A stretch of 64,000 bases of DNA. Source: Saccostrea echinata. Its lineage: Eukaryota. Both the position numbers and the translations under genes were made by a program. Of the stretch, positions 24,511 through 34,813 are shown piece after piece (position 1 is the stretch's first letter; each line of letters begins with the position of its first letter). The notes below the pieces were generated by a model, which saw only the letters and a program-made list of their open reading frames with translations, did no database searches and was not told where the DNA came from. The stretch spans positions 9,734,001 through 9,798,000 of the forward strand of contig NW_026889779.1 in assembly GCF_033153115.1 (NCBI RefSeq), in the 5' to 3' direction.

Positions 24511-24720
24511 CAGATCACATTTTGTCTGTAGTCCATCTGTCCGTCTGTTTGTCCGTCCTCTGTAACTTTTCACATTTTCGACTTCTTCTCCAGAACCACT
24601 GAGCTAATTTCAATCAAACTTGTCATAAAGCATTTTTGTGTGAAGGGAATTCAAGTTTGTTCAAGTCAAGAACCACGCCTTCATTTAAGGGGAGATAATT
24701 CAGAAATATTGAAAATGTCG
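24470..24720 (+). mobile_element. Helentron/HINE left end with part of a satellite monomer
   Basis: TTTTAGCTCACCTGAGCTGAAAGCTCAAGTGAGC hairpin, (GTCC/GTCT)n microsatellite, then CTTCTCCAGAACCACTG...AAACTTG, as in oyster Helentron-borne satellites. Confidence 0.75.
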
Positions 24721-24721
24721 G

Positions 24722-25880
24722 TAGTCTATGCGGACTGATTTATTTTGGGGAAACAATGGGTTCGCTCAATAAGAGAATGGCCCTCACGGTCGCTCAATTG
24801 GTAGAGCGCTCGCTTCGTGATCGGAAGGTCGTGTGTTCGTATCACGGCCGCGACTGACCAAAGTCGATAAAAAAAAAAAATAGGTAGCAACTGTTTCTTC
24901 GCCAAGCGCTCGGCACTGTGAAGTGAAAGTTGTGGGTCCTTCGGATGAGAACTTAAAAACCGAGGCCCCGTGTCACGGTAGGTGTTGGCATGATAAAGAA
25001 CCCTCACTGCTCAAAGGCCCTGAGTGCCGAGTAAAGGTCTAAATTTGAAGCCCTTCACCGGTATATGGCGACGTCTCTATATGAGTGAAAAATTCTTGAA
25101 CAGGACGTTAAACAATATACAATCTATCAATCAATAAGAGAATGTTGGGACATAAGTTTGAAATAAAAAAGGTGTGCCATCAACATTTGTATAAACATTT
25201 CAATTTGCCTGTCCAATCTGTTCTTTCAATGAGGATTAGAATTTAGAATAATATATCGTCAAAGTAGTAGTCTCACTTTAAGTACTCCATTCTTTAGACA
25301 AAGAGAGGAATACTAGATCAGGAAACTAGGTACGGCCTTTCCGAGTGGTTGCAAAGACCACCTAAATAATGTAAGGAATTTTCAAGCTCACAATGTGCCA
25401 ATATGAATGTGATGGGAACTTTTAACAATACACCTAGACGTAGGCGTAATCATAGACATCGATCATACAAATATACTTGATGTTTTTTTTTATTCATTTT
25501 TTACCTTACGTCAGTAATTAAAATAATTAAATAAGTAATAAGATCTTCATTTCATTTGCACTAAACTTTACTCAGTTCCCTTGAAATTTTGGAATGGACT
25601 TTTTGAAGAAGCTAAATCAAGTTCATACTTGGATTCTTCAACTGCAGAATACAAGCTAGTGTTTATTATTATGGATGTTGCCCAGCACAGGCTCTTTAAG
25701 CCAACACACGTGACGGAAGATAATAATTCTTATTCAACATGTCGGTTTCTTGAACCTAAATTTGCAAGCAAAGGAATAGCCTAAACATTAGTTACATACT
25801 TAATCATAAAAAAGTTCAGTTTTACATTCTACAATATTTCAAGTTGAAGTTACACCCTGCATTTCCTACATATATTCCCA
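24722..25880 (+). pseudogene. Decayed GIY-YIG endonuclease plus linker of a Penelope-like element (N-terminal EN, Naiad-type), split by a SINE
   Basis: Joined across the SINE TSD it reads SLCGLIYFGETMGSLNKRM|LGHKFEI...LYKHFNLP..., then RQREEY*IRKLGTAFPSGCKD, then KFASKGI. Confidence 0.75.
24780..25130 (+). mobile_element. Full-length tRNA-derived SINE
   Basis: tRNA-like head with A box (TCGCTCAATTGG) and B box (GTTCGTATC), conserved core, (CAAT)n tail. 14-bp TSD TCAATAAGAGAATG at 24766-24779 and 25131-25144. Confidence 0.92.
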
Positions 25881-25984
25881 AGCTGTTGATATACCTTATC
25901 ACTTTAATTTCTAAGGATAAAATTCTTCAAAATCACAATTCAGTCGATCTTTAATACTTTAACATTCCAGTCAACCAAAGTAAG

Positions 25985-26170
25985 TTTTTATTTATTTATT
26001 TATTTATTTATATTTTCGTTTTTTATTTAGTTTCAGTTTTTTATTTTGTAATTTCGTTTTTTTATTTAGTATTTCCGTGTTTTTTTTTTTTTGTTTTTTT
26101 TTTTTTTTTGTTTTGTTTTTGTTTTGTTTTGTTTTGTTTTTTTTTGTTTTTGTTTTTGTTTTTTTTTTTG
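25985..26170. repeat. T-rich low-complexity / (TTTTG)n tract
   Basis: Seen directly. It is followed by an IS3EU-like terminus GGGCTTCCGTA at about 26183-26193. Confidence 0.8.
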
Positions 26171-26649
26171 ATATGCACTATTGGGCTTCCGTAGCACTCA
26201 ATCAACCTCTTCGTCAGTGAACCCGACAAATCATATATGCATCGTGTTAGCAAAGAATTCATAATAAGAGGTGTTGTCTTTCTTTGCTTAAGTTGTAGCG
26301 TTTACAAAATCAATGAAACACGAAGCTTAGGGCCAAAGTGTTCAAGCGAGTCTCATTTATTTCCCTTTCGAAATGAATGTACAATTAAAACCAAAATTCG
26401 TTGCAATAAATGTATCACACTTTTTCGACAATTTAAGCTACAATTAACTTATCTCTATCATGTTTTTAAATCATAATCTTGTTGTTGAACATGAAACAAA
26501 TTAAAACTATAACCCCTTACTGTGATACGACGTACCTTGCCCTCTGACTAATAATTTGAATATTTGCGAATCTTCACAAGATATTGTGCTTACAAATTAA
26601 TTTAATTAGATGTGGCCTGTTGTTCTTCAGATAGAGGATGTTATGTCAC

Positions 26650-26860
26650 TCATGGAGGATTTCTTAAGCAGGTCATGCCTCGCTTTCCCTCATTCGTTAG
26701 AGAGCTTGAGAACTATACGGATGTGATCAGTCGACAGGAGATGCATTAATTATCCATGGCACTTGATCCCATCTTTGATGTTTTCAGGGGTCCAAAGTTT
26801 GTTCTGCTCTTAATTTGTATCGTTTTATTGATATTGGAGCCTGGTTACTATTCATGATAA
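26650..26860 (+). mobile_element. Short Penelope-like 3' terminal block
   Basis: GTGATCAGTCGACAGGAGATGC...CCATGGCACTTGATCCCATCT matches the other PLE ends. Confidence 0.55.
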
Positions 26861-29021
26861 ATCATTGAAGAAGATAACTGCCTTTACGATTTTCAACCTT
26901 ATCGTTGCCTATAATTATCATTTCCGCTCACCCACCCACCGTTAAAAAAAGAGAAAGAAAAATCAAGGACATATGAAGCTATTTCATACTGGATCATTAA
27001 CAGCGAGCACAGTGTTGTCATTTGCAAAGTGCAGTCTGAAATTCGGAGATACCATATACTTCCATTTCCAGGAAAACCAAAGCATATCATCAGACTGCAT
27101 TGGGGGAAAAGTACCATGTAAACTAGATTTAGACATCACATCAAATTATATTAAAAATAATAGGGGTTTTTTTCTTGTAGTAATTTCATAATAGTGTATT
27201 GGGAGATGGTGGCAATTATTATTGTCTCAAATAAGTGTCCAGGAGAGCTTTAACAACAATTTTGGGGAATGTTTTGTTGCTGAAGTAGCAAAAGAATACT
27301 GTGGAATCAATTAAAGGGGCCTGGCCACAGTTGCATTGTTTACATTTTATTTTTTATGCTTATGTTATATGAATTGAACTTACATGAATATTCTTAGAAT
27401 TCAATTGACGACATTCTTCTTTACATCAGGTCAACCATCTGTTTTTGTAAACAGGGCACGATCTCTGTCATTGTTAATGTTTACATTTCACAGGGTGTGT
27501 TCAATGTGTTTTTCAACTTAAACTCTCACACATCACTGAGCAGGACTAAAATACTGGTGAGTTAGTTTTGTTTTATCACGTTTCTACTGTGAATTTTCTG
27601 GATTATAGTTTTAATATTTTTCACTATTACACAACAAAATTTCTACTTTTCTGAAGTATTAAGGATAAAGTTTAGTTTGTGAAAGTGCAAGCTCGGTCTC
27701 TATCACTTTCTGTGTCTTCGGTCATTATCACTTGACATGGGACCATATAACCACATATCGACCTACACTGAAGTCCATATTTGTATAATGTCATCCAGAA
27801 TCGAAAATTTGCCTGAGCCATGCAAAAATTCTTTTTTATTTTATTTTCCCATTCTTGTTTCAATGTGTCTCTTGAGCAATATTTGTATGATGTTAGCATT
27901 GTAATCATAATGAAACGAGTTGTGTTTCTATGTTCGTTGTTTTAGTATAGGTAATTTACATGGCGCCTAGGGCTAAAATGCTCATCCAAATTACATTTAT
28001 TTCCCTCACAAATGAATGTGCAATTTAATCCCAAATTCAATACACTTAACAGATGGAACATCTTCGACAATTTTACTCTACAGTTATTTTATTTGTTTCA
28101 TCATAGTTTACATGTAGAATGTTGAGAAATACGATATATTTCTTCAATGACGCACATTGAAGTGGTAAAATTGTCCGTTTGAATGGAACGTTTTTGGGCT
28201 TTCCTTTGAACTTTGATTGTCACATTATGACAAGCCCATTTCTCCAGAAAGGAAAAAACCCATTCAAATTCCTGTAGAACAGGTATAGAACCTGTAGAGT
28301 TCAGATACATGTGTTGTGATAACTTCAATAAAAATGATAAAGTCAGAATTATGTATATATTCGTTGCAATATGCGAGTTTTACTGGCAGAAGCGGGGGGT
28401 CTCTCACTCTCTCCGAATCTCGGGTGCCTCCTTTTTTAGCAAAAAACTCGCGTTGGTGGTCCCAGACAGTGGCGTGCATCATGTTACAATTGACGTTCGA
28501 TAAGAAAGACCCAAACGTTATATTCAAACGAAAAAAATTACCACTTCAATGGCATCACTGTATGTAAAACTGTAACACCAAACAAGCTGTATTATACCAG
28601 TACTTTATCCATGGAGTCATCACTTGAACAAACATGGATCTTCACTGTACTTGCAAATTAATTTGACTGTCTGGCCTGCTGTTTTTGAGATATTTTTAAA
28701 ATTAATTCTTCATACATTTCTGTGCAAAACTTGTTCAAAAAGTTACTTCAAAATACAACTAGTATTAACTCAGCTAGACCAAGGGTATATGATTTGAATT
28801 ATAAAATAAAATTATACTGCGGATAGAAATCGGTATGCCGTATTCAACATATGGAAATTATTCAAAGTTCATTACATTCAAAGATACAGAGATGTGATTG
28901 TGGACTTTCCGCCTGTTATCTTAACTATCATGATTTTTTAAACAAATTAAACAATATCGTTTGAGTAAAATGATATGCAATCTATCGCGAGTGCATATGG
29001 AACTCAATTATCAGATTCCCG

Positions 29022-29341
29022 TTTTTGTTTGGATTGTCTGTGGTAAATGTGGACCATTTTTGTTTGGATTGTCAGTGGTAGATGTGGACCATTTTTGTTT
29101 GGATTGTCAGTGGTAGATGTTGACCATTTTTGTTTGGATTGTCATTGGCAGATATGGACCATTTTGTTTGGATTGTCATTGGTAGATGTGGACCATTTTT
29201 GTTTGGATTGTTTTTGGTAGATGTGGACCATTTTTGTTTGGATTGTCAGAGGTAGATGTGGAACATTTTTGTTTGGATTGTCAGTGGTAGATATGGACCA
29301 TTTTGTTTGGATTGTCAGTGGTAGATGTGGACCATTTTTGT
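29022..29341. repeat. Minisatellite, about 35-36-bp unit x about 9
   Basis: Unit TTTTGTTTGGATTGTCAGTGGTAGATGTGGACCAT, about 0.8 kb upstream of the TLR start. Confidence 0.92.
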
Positions 29342-30114
29342 CTTCATAAATAATTTCTACCTTTGCCTTTTACATTAGTATATCCTCAAATGGTCAATTT
29401 ATTAATACATTTGTAAATATAATTTTGAGTTTTGTCTTTTGAGGATTTGAAACGGTTATCAATTCGGTTCTTTGATTCTCAATTTTATCAGCTATAATAA
29501 TATTATAATGATATCAATGCAGCATCCACATTCACGGTTGAAGGAAAACATAATCTTATTTTACTTAGTGGATCTTCACCAATTTGATGAAAGAAAGAAA
29601 CACAACAAATATTTTAATGCATAATTTAAAATAACTGTTTCTAATTTTCCATTCATTCAACAAATCTTATTTTTGATAATTATAATATTTTAAAATATTT
29701 ATTCTTAGATCTTTAAGACTTTTAATGCAAATCTGTGTCTATTTTGTCACCACTCTACATGTCCACTGTTGAACAGAGCATTAATTATAAAAACAACTCA
29801 TACTTCATTTATCTTGGTAATTTTCAAGTAGGTGATGATCGTGTCTTAAATAATGATTAAAAAATATTAAAATGTTTTTATATAAAATCATTCAAGCGTT
29901 ACTACAGCCTAATTACTCTCTAGAAGGACATTTCCTGCACAAGTCCAAATATATACGTTCCCTTGAAGAGCCGAAGGAGAATGCCACGTTTTCCTTCGAA
30001 TGCAGACGATTGGTACCTCAAATTATGTCTCGAAGTGTGTTGAAGACATTGCCATTCCAAATTCTTTCCAACGGATTTTGATCTACTTCCATATTCGATG
30101 TGTAATATCCGAAC

Positions 30115-32070
30115 ATGGGAATACTGAGATCAATTGTCTTCTCAACTCTATCAATGTATTTAATAATAATTTCAAAATTAACCACAACTGGGCGGTCCCA
30201 GTCACGGTTAAATGACAATTCGACGGTACCACTTGTCAGCAATGGAAAGAATTCTTCCTTCATTCTGAATCAGATTGATGGAACAGCTTTTAATGGTTCA
30301 GATACAGAAAGCCCTTTACTTCCACCTTCTTGGGAGGAATTCTGCACTTTGGAGGAAACGGAGACAAATCAGAGCGTTTATCCTTACAATTGTTACATAG
30401 ATGCCTTCTCCTCGGGTAAATGGAATTTCTCTGAACTACGACAATATATTAAAACAAAAGATGTTAAATACAGTTTTAACGTACGATGCCAAAACGGTGC
30501 TAAAATATCTCTTCCATTGCCTGGAAAAGCAAAGAATATCATCAAATTGCACGTGCAAGACTGCATAGCGGAAGACTATTATGCTGACTATAAGAACCCA
30601 GATTTAGATCTGTTACCAGATGAACTGGAAGAATATGTTTTGATCAATGTCGTGCGTGTAATAGGAGTTAAATCAATGTTCGAGAGTCTTCAAATCAAGT
30701 CAGCAAATCTTCCCAAAAATGTTGTTTGTGGCGATGATGAAACGTTAAAAATAAAGACTGAGCAAAATGAAACCTTTCAATTTATTCATGATTTAATTAA
30801 CCCAGACCAGGCTTCTGAAATGTTCAGCAAAATTGCTGCAGAAAATATAATGGATAAAAGGGTGTCACCACACAAGTGTTTCTATAAAAAGCTTCGGGTT
30901 CTTAACGTTTCAGTCACTTCAACGAAAAATAGGTACTATGCATCAGAATTGACTGAACAGAATATATTTCCGGAACTGAGAGTGTTGAATATGTCCCACT
31001 CTGACCTTTATTACATACCAGAACAGTTAAAAAACTGGTGGATTTACTTTAAAAAGTTAGAGTACCTCGATATGTCTCACAATCTCATTCAGGATATAAC
31101 CTTCCCATTGGATAATGACAGAATATGGGACAAAACGGTACCAGTCTTAACATTTGATTTTACACACAACAACATAAGTCGAATTTCTGTTCGTAATTTT
31201 GAAAGAATCATTTCCAACGAGAAAATATTAGTGAAAATGGGCCATAATCCTATCAATTGTACCTGCACAGATGAAATGAAAGAAATTTTGAAATATATCA
31301 AAGGAATAGATTGGAGCTCATCAAAGTACCACCAATACTCATACCTTAGGAATCTTAAGTGTGCATATCCCGAAAGTGTTCGGGGTTGGCGTTTGGCGGA
31401 TCTAACACTTAGGGACATTAACTGTAAATTCGAGTTGATGCCAGTCACTGTGGCTTTGAGTGTCCTATCGTTTTTCCTTATAATTTTCATTATTGTTATA
31501 TTGAAGTATCGAAGGGAAATCCGAATTTTGGTTTACACCAGGTTCAATGTAGTGCTTCCGTGTCAGCCAGGAGAAATTTACGAGGATAAAGCATTTGATG
31601 CTTTTGTTTCCTATAGTAACGATGACCAAGAGTGGGTGTGCAATATTTTTGATGAAAACAAACACAACCGTCTCGTACATTTGAAGTTTTGCATGCATCA
31701 TAAGGATTTCGTTCCAGGAAAAACTATTTTTGAGAACATCGTCAAATGCATTGAGGAAAGTAGACATACTGTCATTGTCCTCTCACAGAACTTTCTTAAC
31801 AGCCATTTTTGCTTGTGGGAATTTCAGGAGGCTTTTCAGCAAAGTATTGTTGAAAGAAAACGACACCTCATTATCATCTTACTGGAAGACATTCCAGATA
31901 AGGATCTCCCAAACGATCTAAAGAGATGCATGAAAACATTCACTTACATTAAAAAAGACGATAAAATCTTCGTAGACCGACTACTCTACTCACTCTCATA
32001 CAAAGGGAAAATAGGGAAACACCAAGATCATGCGCATTTGAATCATGGATATGATAACCTCGGCGAGTAA
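30115..32070 (+). CDS. Toll-like receptor, single exon, 651 aa
   Basis: Signal peptide, LRRs (LRVLNMSHS, LEYLDMSHNLI), LRRCT (NPINCTC), TM, and TIR (FDAFVSY, CMHHKDFVPG, SRHTVIVLSQNFLNSHFCLWEF). Confidence 0.95.
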   Translation: MGILRSIVFSTLSMYLIIISKLTTTGRSQSRLNDNSTVPLVSNGKNSSFILNQIDGTAFNGSDTESPLLPPSWEEFCTLEETETNQSVYPYNCYIDAFSSGKWNFSELRQYIKTKDVKYSFNVRCQNGAKISLPLPGKAKNIIKLHVQDCIAEDYYADYKNPDLDLLPDELEEYVLINVVRVIGVKSMFESLQIKSANLPKNVVCGDDETLKIKTEQNETFQFIHDLINPDQASEMFSKIAAENIMDKRVSPHKCFYKKLRVLNVSVTSTKNRYYASELTEQNIFPELRVLNMSHSDLYYIPEQLKNWWIYFKKLEYLDMSHNLIQDITFPLDNDRIWDKTVPVLTFDFTHNNISRISVRNFERIISNEKILVKMGHNPINCTCTDEMKEILKYIKGIDWSSSKYHQYSYLRNLKCAYPESVRGWRLADLTLRDINCKFELMPVTVALSVLSFFLIIFIIVILKYRREIRILVYTRFNVVLPCQPGEIYEDKAFDAFVSYSNDDQEWVCNIFDENKHNRLVHLKFCMHHKDFVPGKTIFENIVKCIEESRHTVIVLSQNFLNSHFCLWEFQEAFQQSIVERKRHLIIILLEDIPDKDLPNDLKRCMKTFTYIKKDDKIFVDRLLYSLSYKGKIGKHQDHAHLNHGYDNLGE

Positions 32071-32725
32071 GGTAAAAATGCAAATGAAAAGGATAGGGTC
32101 AATATGACGAATGACCGGATCAACATAATTGTATAAAAAACAGAAACCCTTGACAAAATAATAATTCGTTAAGTTATAGAATAATACATGTAATTTTCGT
32201 TTAAATATTAAGACCTCCCTTCTGAAAATTATGTATAAAAGACTTTACAGAGTAGTTTCTTTTATATTATAATCCGCTAAATTTTCTTGTATCAGATTTT
32301 GAAAATCATAAACGATAGTCGCAGCATCCAGAATAGGATTGAGTTACTTTGAATTTTGGATAAAAGCGTTGTTTAACGTCTTTCAAAATTTGTTTTAATC
32401 GAAACCAACCGTATTATTTCATGTGAAATATTTCCAATTCAAAAGAAAACTGTAAGTATTCATTGACGTCGTTTTAACAAGATAATGAGGGTTAGACACA
32501 AGAGAGAATAAGTGTATGATATTCAGTAGTACCTGTATTTTTACTGTTTAAACATAAAGTAACAGACTTTTTTTAAAATCTGATATTGTACTATTACCAA
32601 TTCCAATGGGAAAAACCTGCATTGATTAGCATTAACGCATTGCTATATCAGAGCTGTGTTTTTAAGTGTCTGGTTGATAAAAAAAAAATCCCTTATTTTT
32701 CAAAACCTTTACATGAAAATATTAC

Positions 32726-33717
32726 TAAAGGATGACTGCACTTAACGCCTGTTTTTGGGTCCTTTTCGGTTGCTTCTGTTGCTTTTATATCTAAACCTTA
32801 TCTCACTTTTGTATGTTTATGAAAGAATACTGTCAATTTGGAACCACATTTAAATCTTAAAATGATTTTAGACTGTGATACAATAAAATGATTCAATGTT
32901 CTTTGTCCTTACTGCTTTCCAAATATAGTGAATTTACACTTACCTGCCCTTGATTGAACATTAGATATGCATGAGAGGTGGAGCTAATATTGTAAGAATG
33001 GCTCTAAAATTAGACTACATAAATAACAATGACATGTTTTGAAAAGCGAACGTGATCACTCTTTCCAATCTCCCTCTCCATTCTGTATAGCACAAATACA
33101 CTTCTGACAAAGGTTTCAAAACGAAATTAACAATATGAGCACATCAATGTAATTAAAGCAAATTTATATCAATGCCAGATGACTTAACGTGTTCGAACAC
33201 AATGTCCTAGTTAGCACATCACATGCTTCCTTACAAGTCACGTGACGGAATTTAGTATTCACAAAGTTACCTGAGGTAAGAAATCACGTGGTGAATTATA
33301 ATATTCAACATGTCACAATCCTTGGTTACAACACAGAGAGCGAATGTAAGAAGAAGCAGTTTTTTCTCTTTTTAACCATGAGCGCATGTTTGTCTATTAA
33401 TCTCCTTTTGACACATTATTATTTATGCAAATATACAACTACTGTTAAACGTAGAAAAATAGACAAACATACGCTGACTATGTATAAAGTCAGTAAATAA
33501 GTGGGCGTCCTCATTATCGAACGGAGATTCAAGAAATTGTGATGACCCCTGCCTTTGAAAACAGCTTCGAACTTCGTAAATACACACTTTTATTAAACGT
33601 AATTACATAAAGTTGTAGATTGGATGTTGACCATTCTTGCAATGAAAAGAAAAATGCTTGTTTTGAAAGTTTATTTTGTCGCAAATTCCGCATTTCCTTA
33701 AGTGCAGTCATCCTTTA
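32726..33717. mobile_element. About 1-kb MITE with 20-bp terminal inverted repeats (Kolobok-like)
   Basis: TAAAGGATGACTGCACTTAA (32726-32745) and its exact reverse complement (33698-33717). A second copy starts at 8287. Confidence 0.8.
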
Positions 33718-33725
33718 CAGCAATG

Positions 33726-34050
33726 TGGAGATATAATGATAACAAACAGTGATCGATCTTCAAAAAATCTACAAACAATACAAATCTGTGAAAAGGACAT
33801 AAAACATGGACCCCCGGAAATTCTGGAGGTGGGATCAGGTGCTTAGGAGGAGTAAGCACCCCTGTCATCGGTCGCACCTGCCGAGAGCGGTTGACGAAAC
33901 TCCGTAATCAAATTTAGTATAGAAACAAAGGCCTAACAATTAGTACGAAAAACGTCAGCCAAATACGACCAATGATAAGTTATATTTGCTAATAAGGGGA
34001 TAATAATGACCTCATATTTACGAAATGCTGATTTTTAACAAGGTTGCTGA
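33726..34050 (-). mobile_element. Penelope-like 3' remnant
   Basis: GGAGGTGGGATCAGGTGCTTAGGAGGAGTAAGCACCCCTG block with adjacent RT-end homology. Confidence 0.65.
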
Positions 34051-34813
34051 GTAAATTTGAATCCAGATGATAGATTTCCCAATACTTTGAGTGAAACTGT
34101 ACATATTTCAAGATCAAAGCATAGCATATGTCACCACATTAAATAAAAACATTTTTTATTGGTTTGCATATTATTTTAGAAATACTTTCAAGGAGACAAA
34201 GCACATAGTCTTAATAGCTTGACAACTGCGTGGTAAAATGTTAGAGGGTCAGTTCCAGTTATTTTTTTAAATACATTTTTGTAGTGTAATTTTTTCTAGA
34301 TTTATAGATAATTTTTAATATCCAAGTTTACGATACTTATCTTATATTTGACATCATTAATGTTCTCACCACATTTATTGTTGTCTTCAGTGATTTTTGG
34401 TCCATATAAGCATTAGTTTCTTCACTAATTATGTTCAATGGAAGAGAAAGAGAGAGGGAGAGAGAGATAGCATTTTCATTACTTAGTTGCCCCCATGTAA
34501 GTTTTGGCCATGAAAATGAAATAATCATTTTGTTTTACGTCACTTTTTAACATGTTACCTGTAATCTGAATAACAACAGATAATGCAATATCTAATTAAA
34601 TAACCATGCTGTGTCAGTGATGGGGTTTAGCGAAGCGAGGACTGAATTCATTACAATAAATAAAGACGTTTCCTGTTCACATTTTGAACAAATATTAAGA
34701 GGACATGTTGGAAACAAGTGCTCGAAAACCAGCTGTCTTAAAAAATCAAATCTGAAATATGACGTAAATTATTTTAAACTAATGAGGCGGACGAACTTTC
34801 AATGTGAGACACG

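Noticed and set aside
24781-24852. tRNA gene
   Set aside because: It is the head of a SINE with core, tail and TSD. The tRNA-like fragment at about 46103-46165 also lacks a proper acceptor stem.
29022-29341. CRISPR-like array
   Set aside because: Head-to-tail repeats with no unique spacers, in a eukaryotic context.
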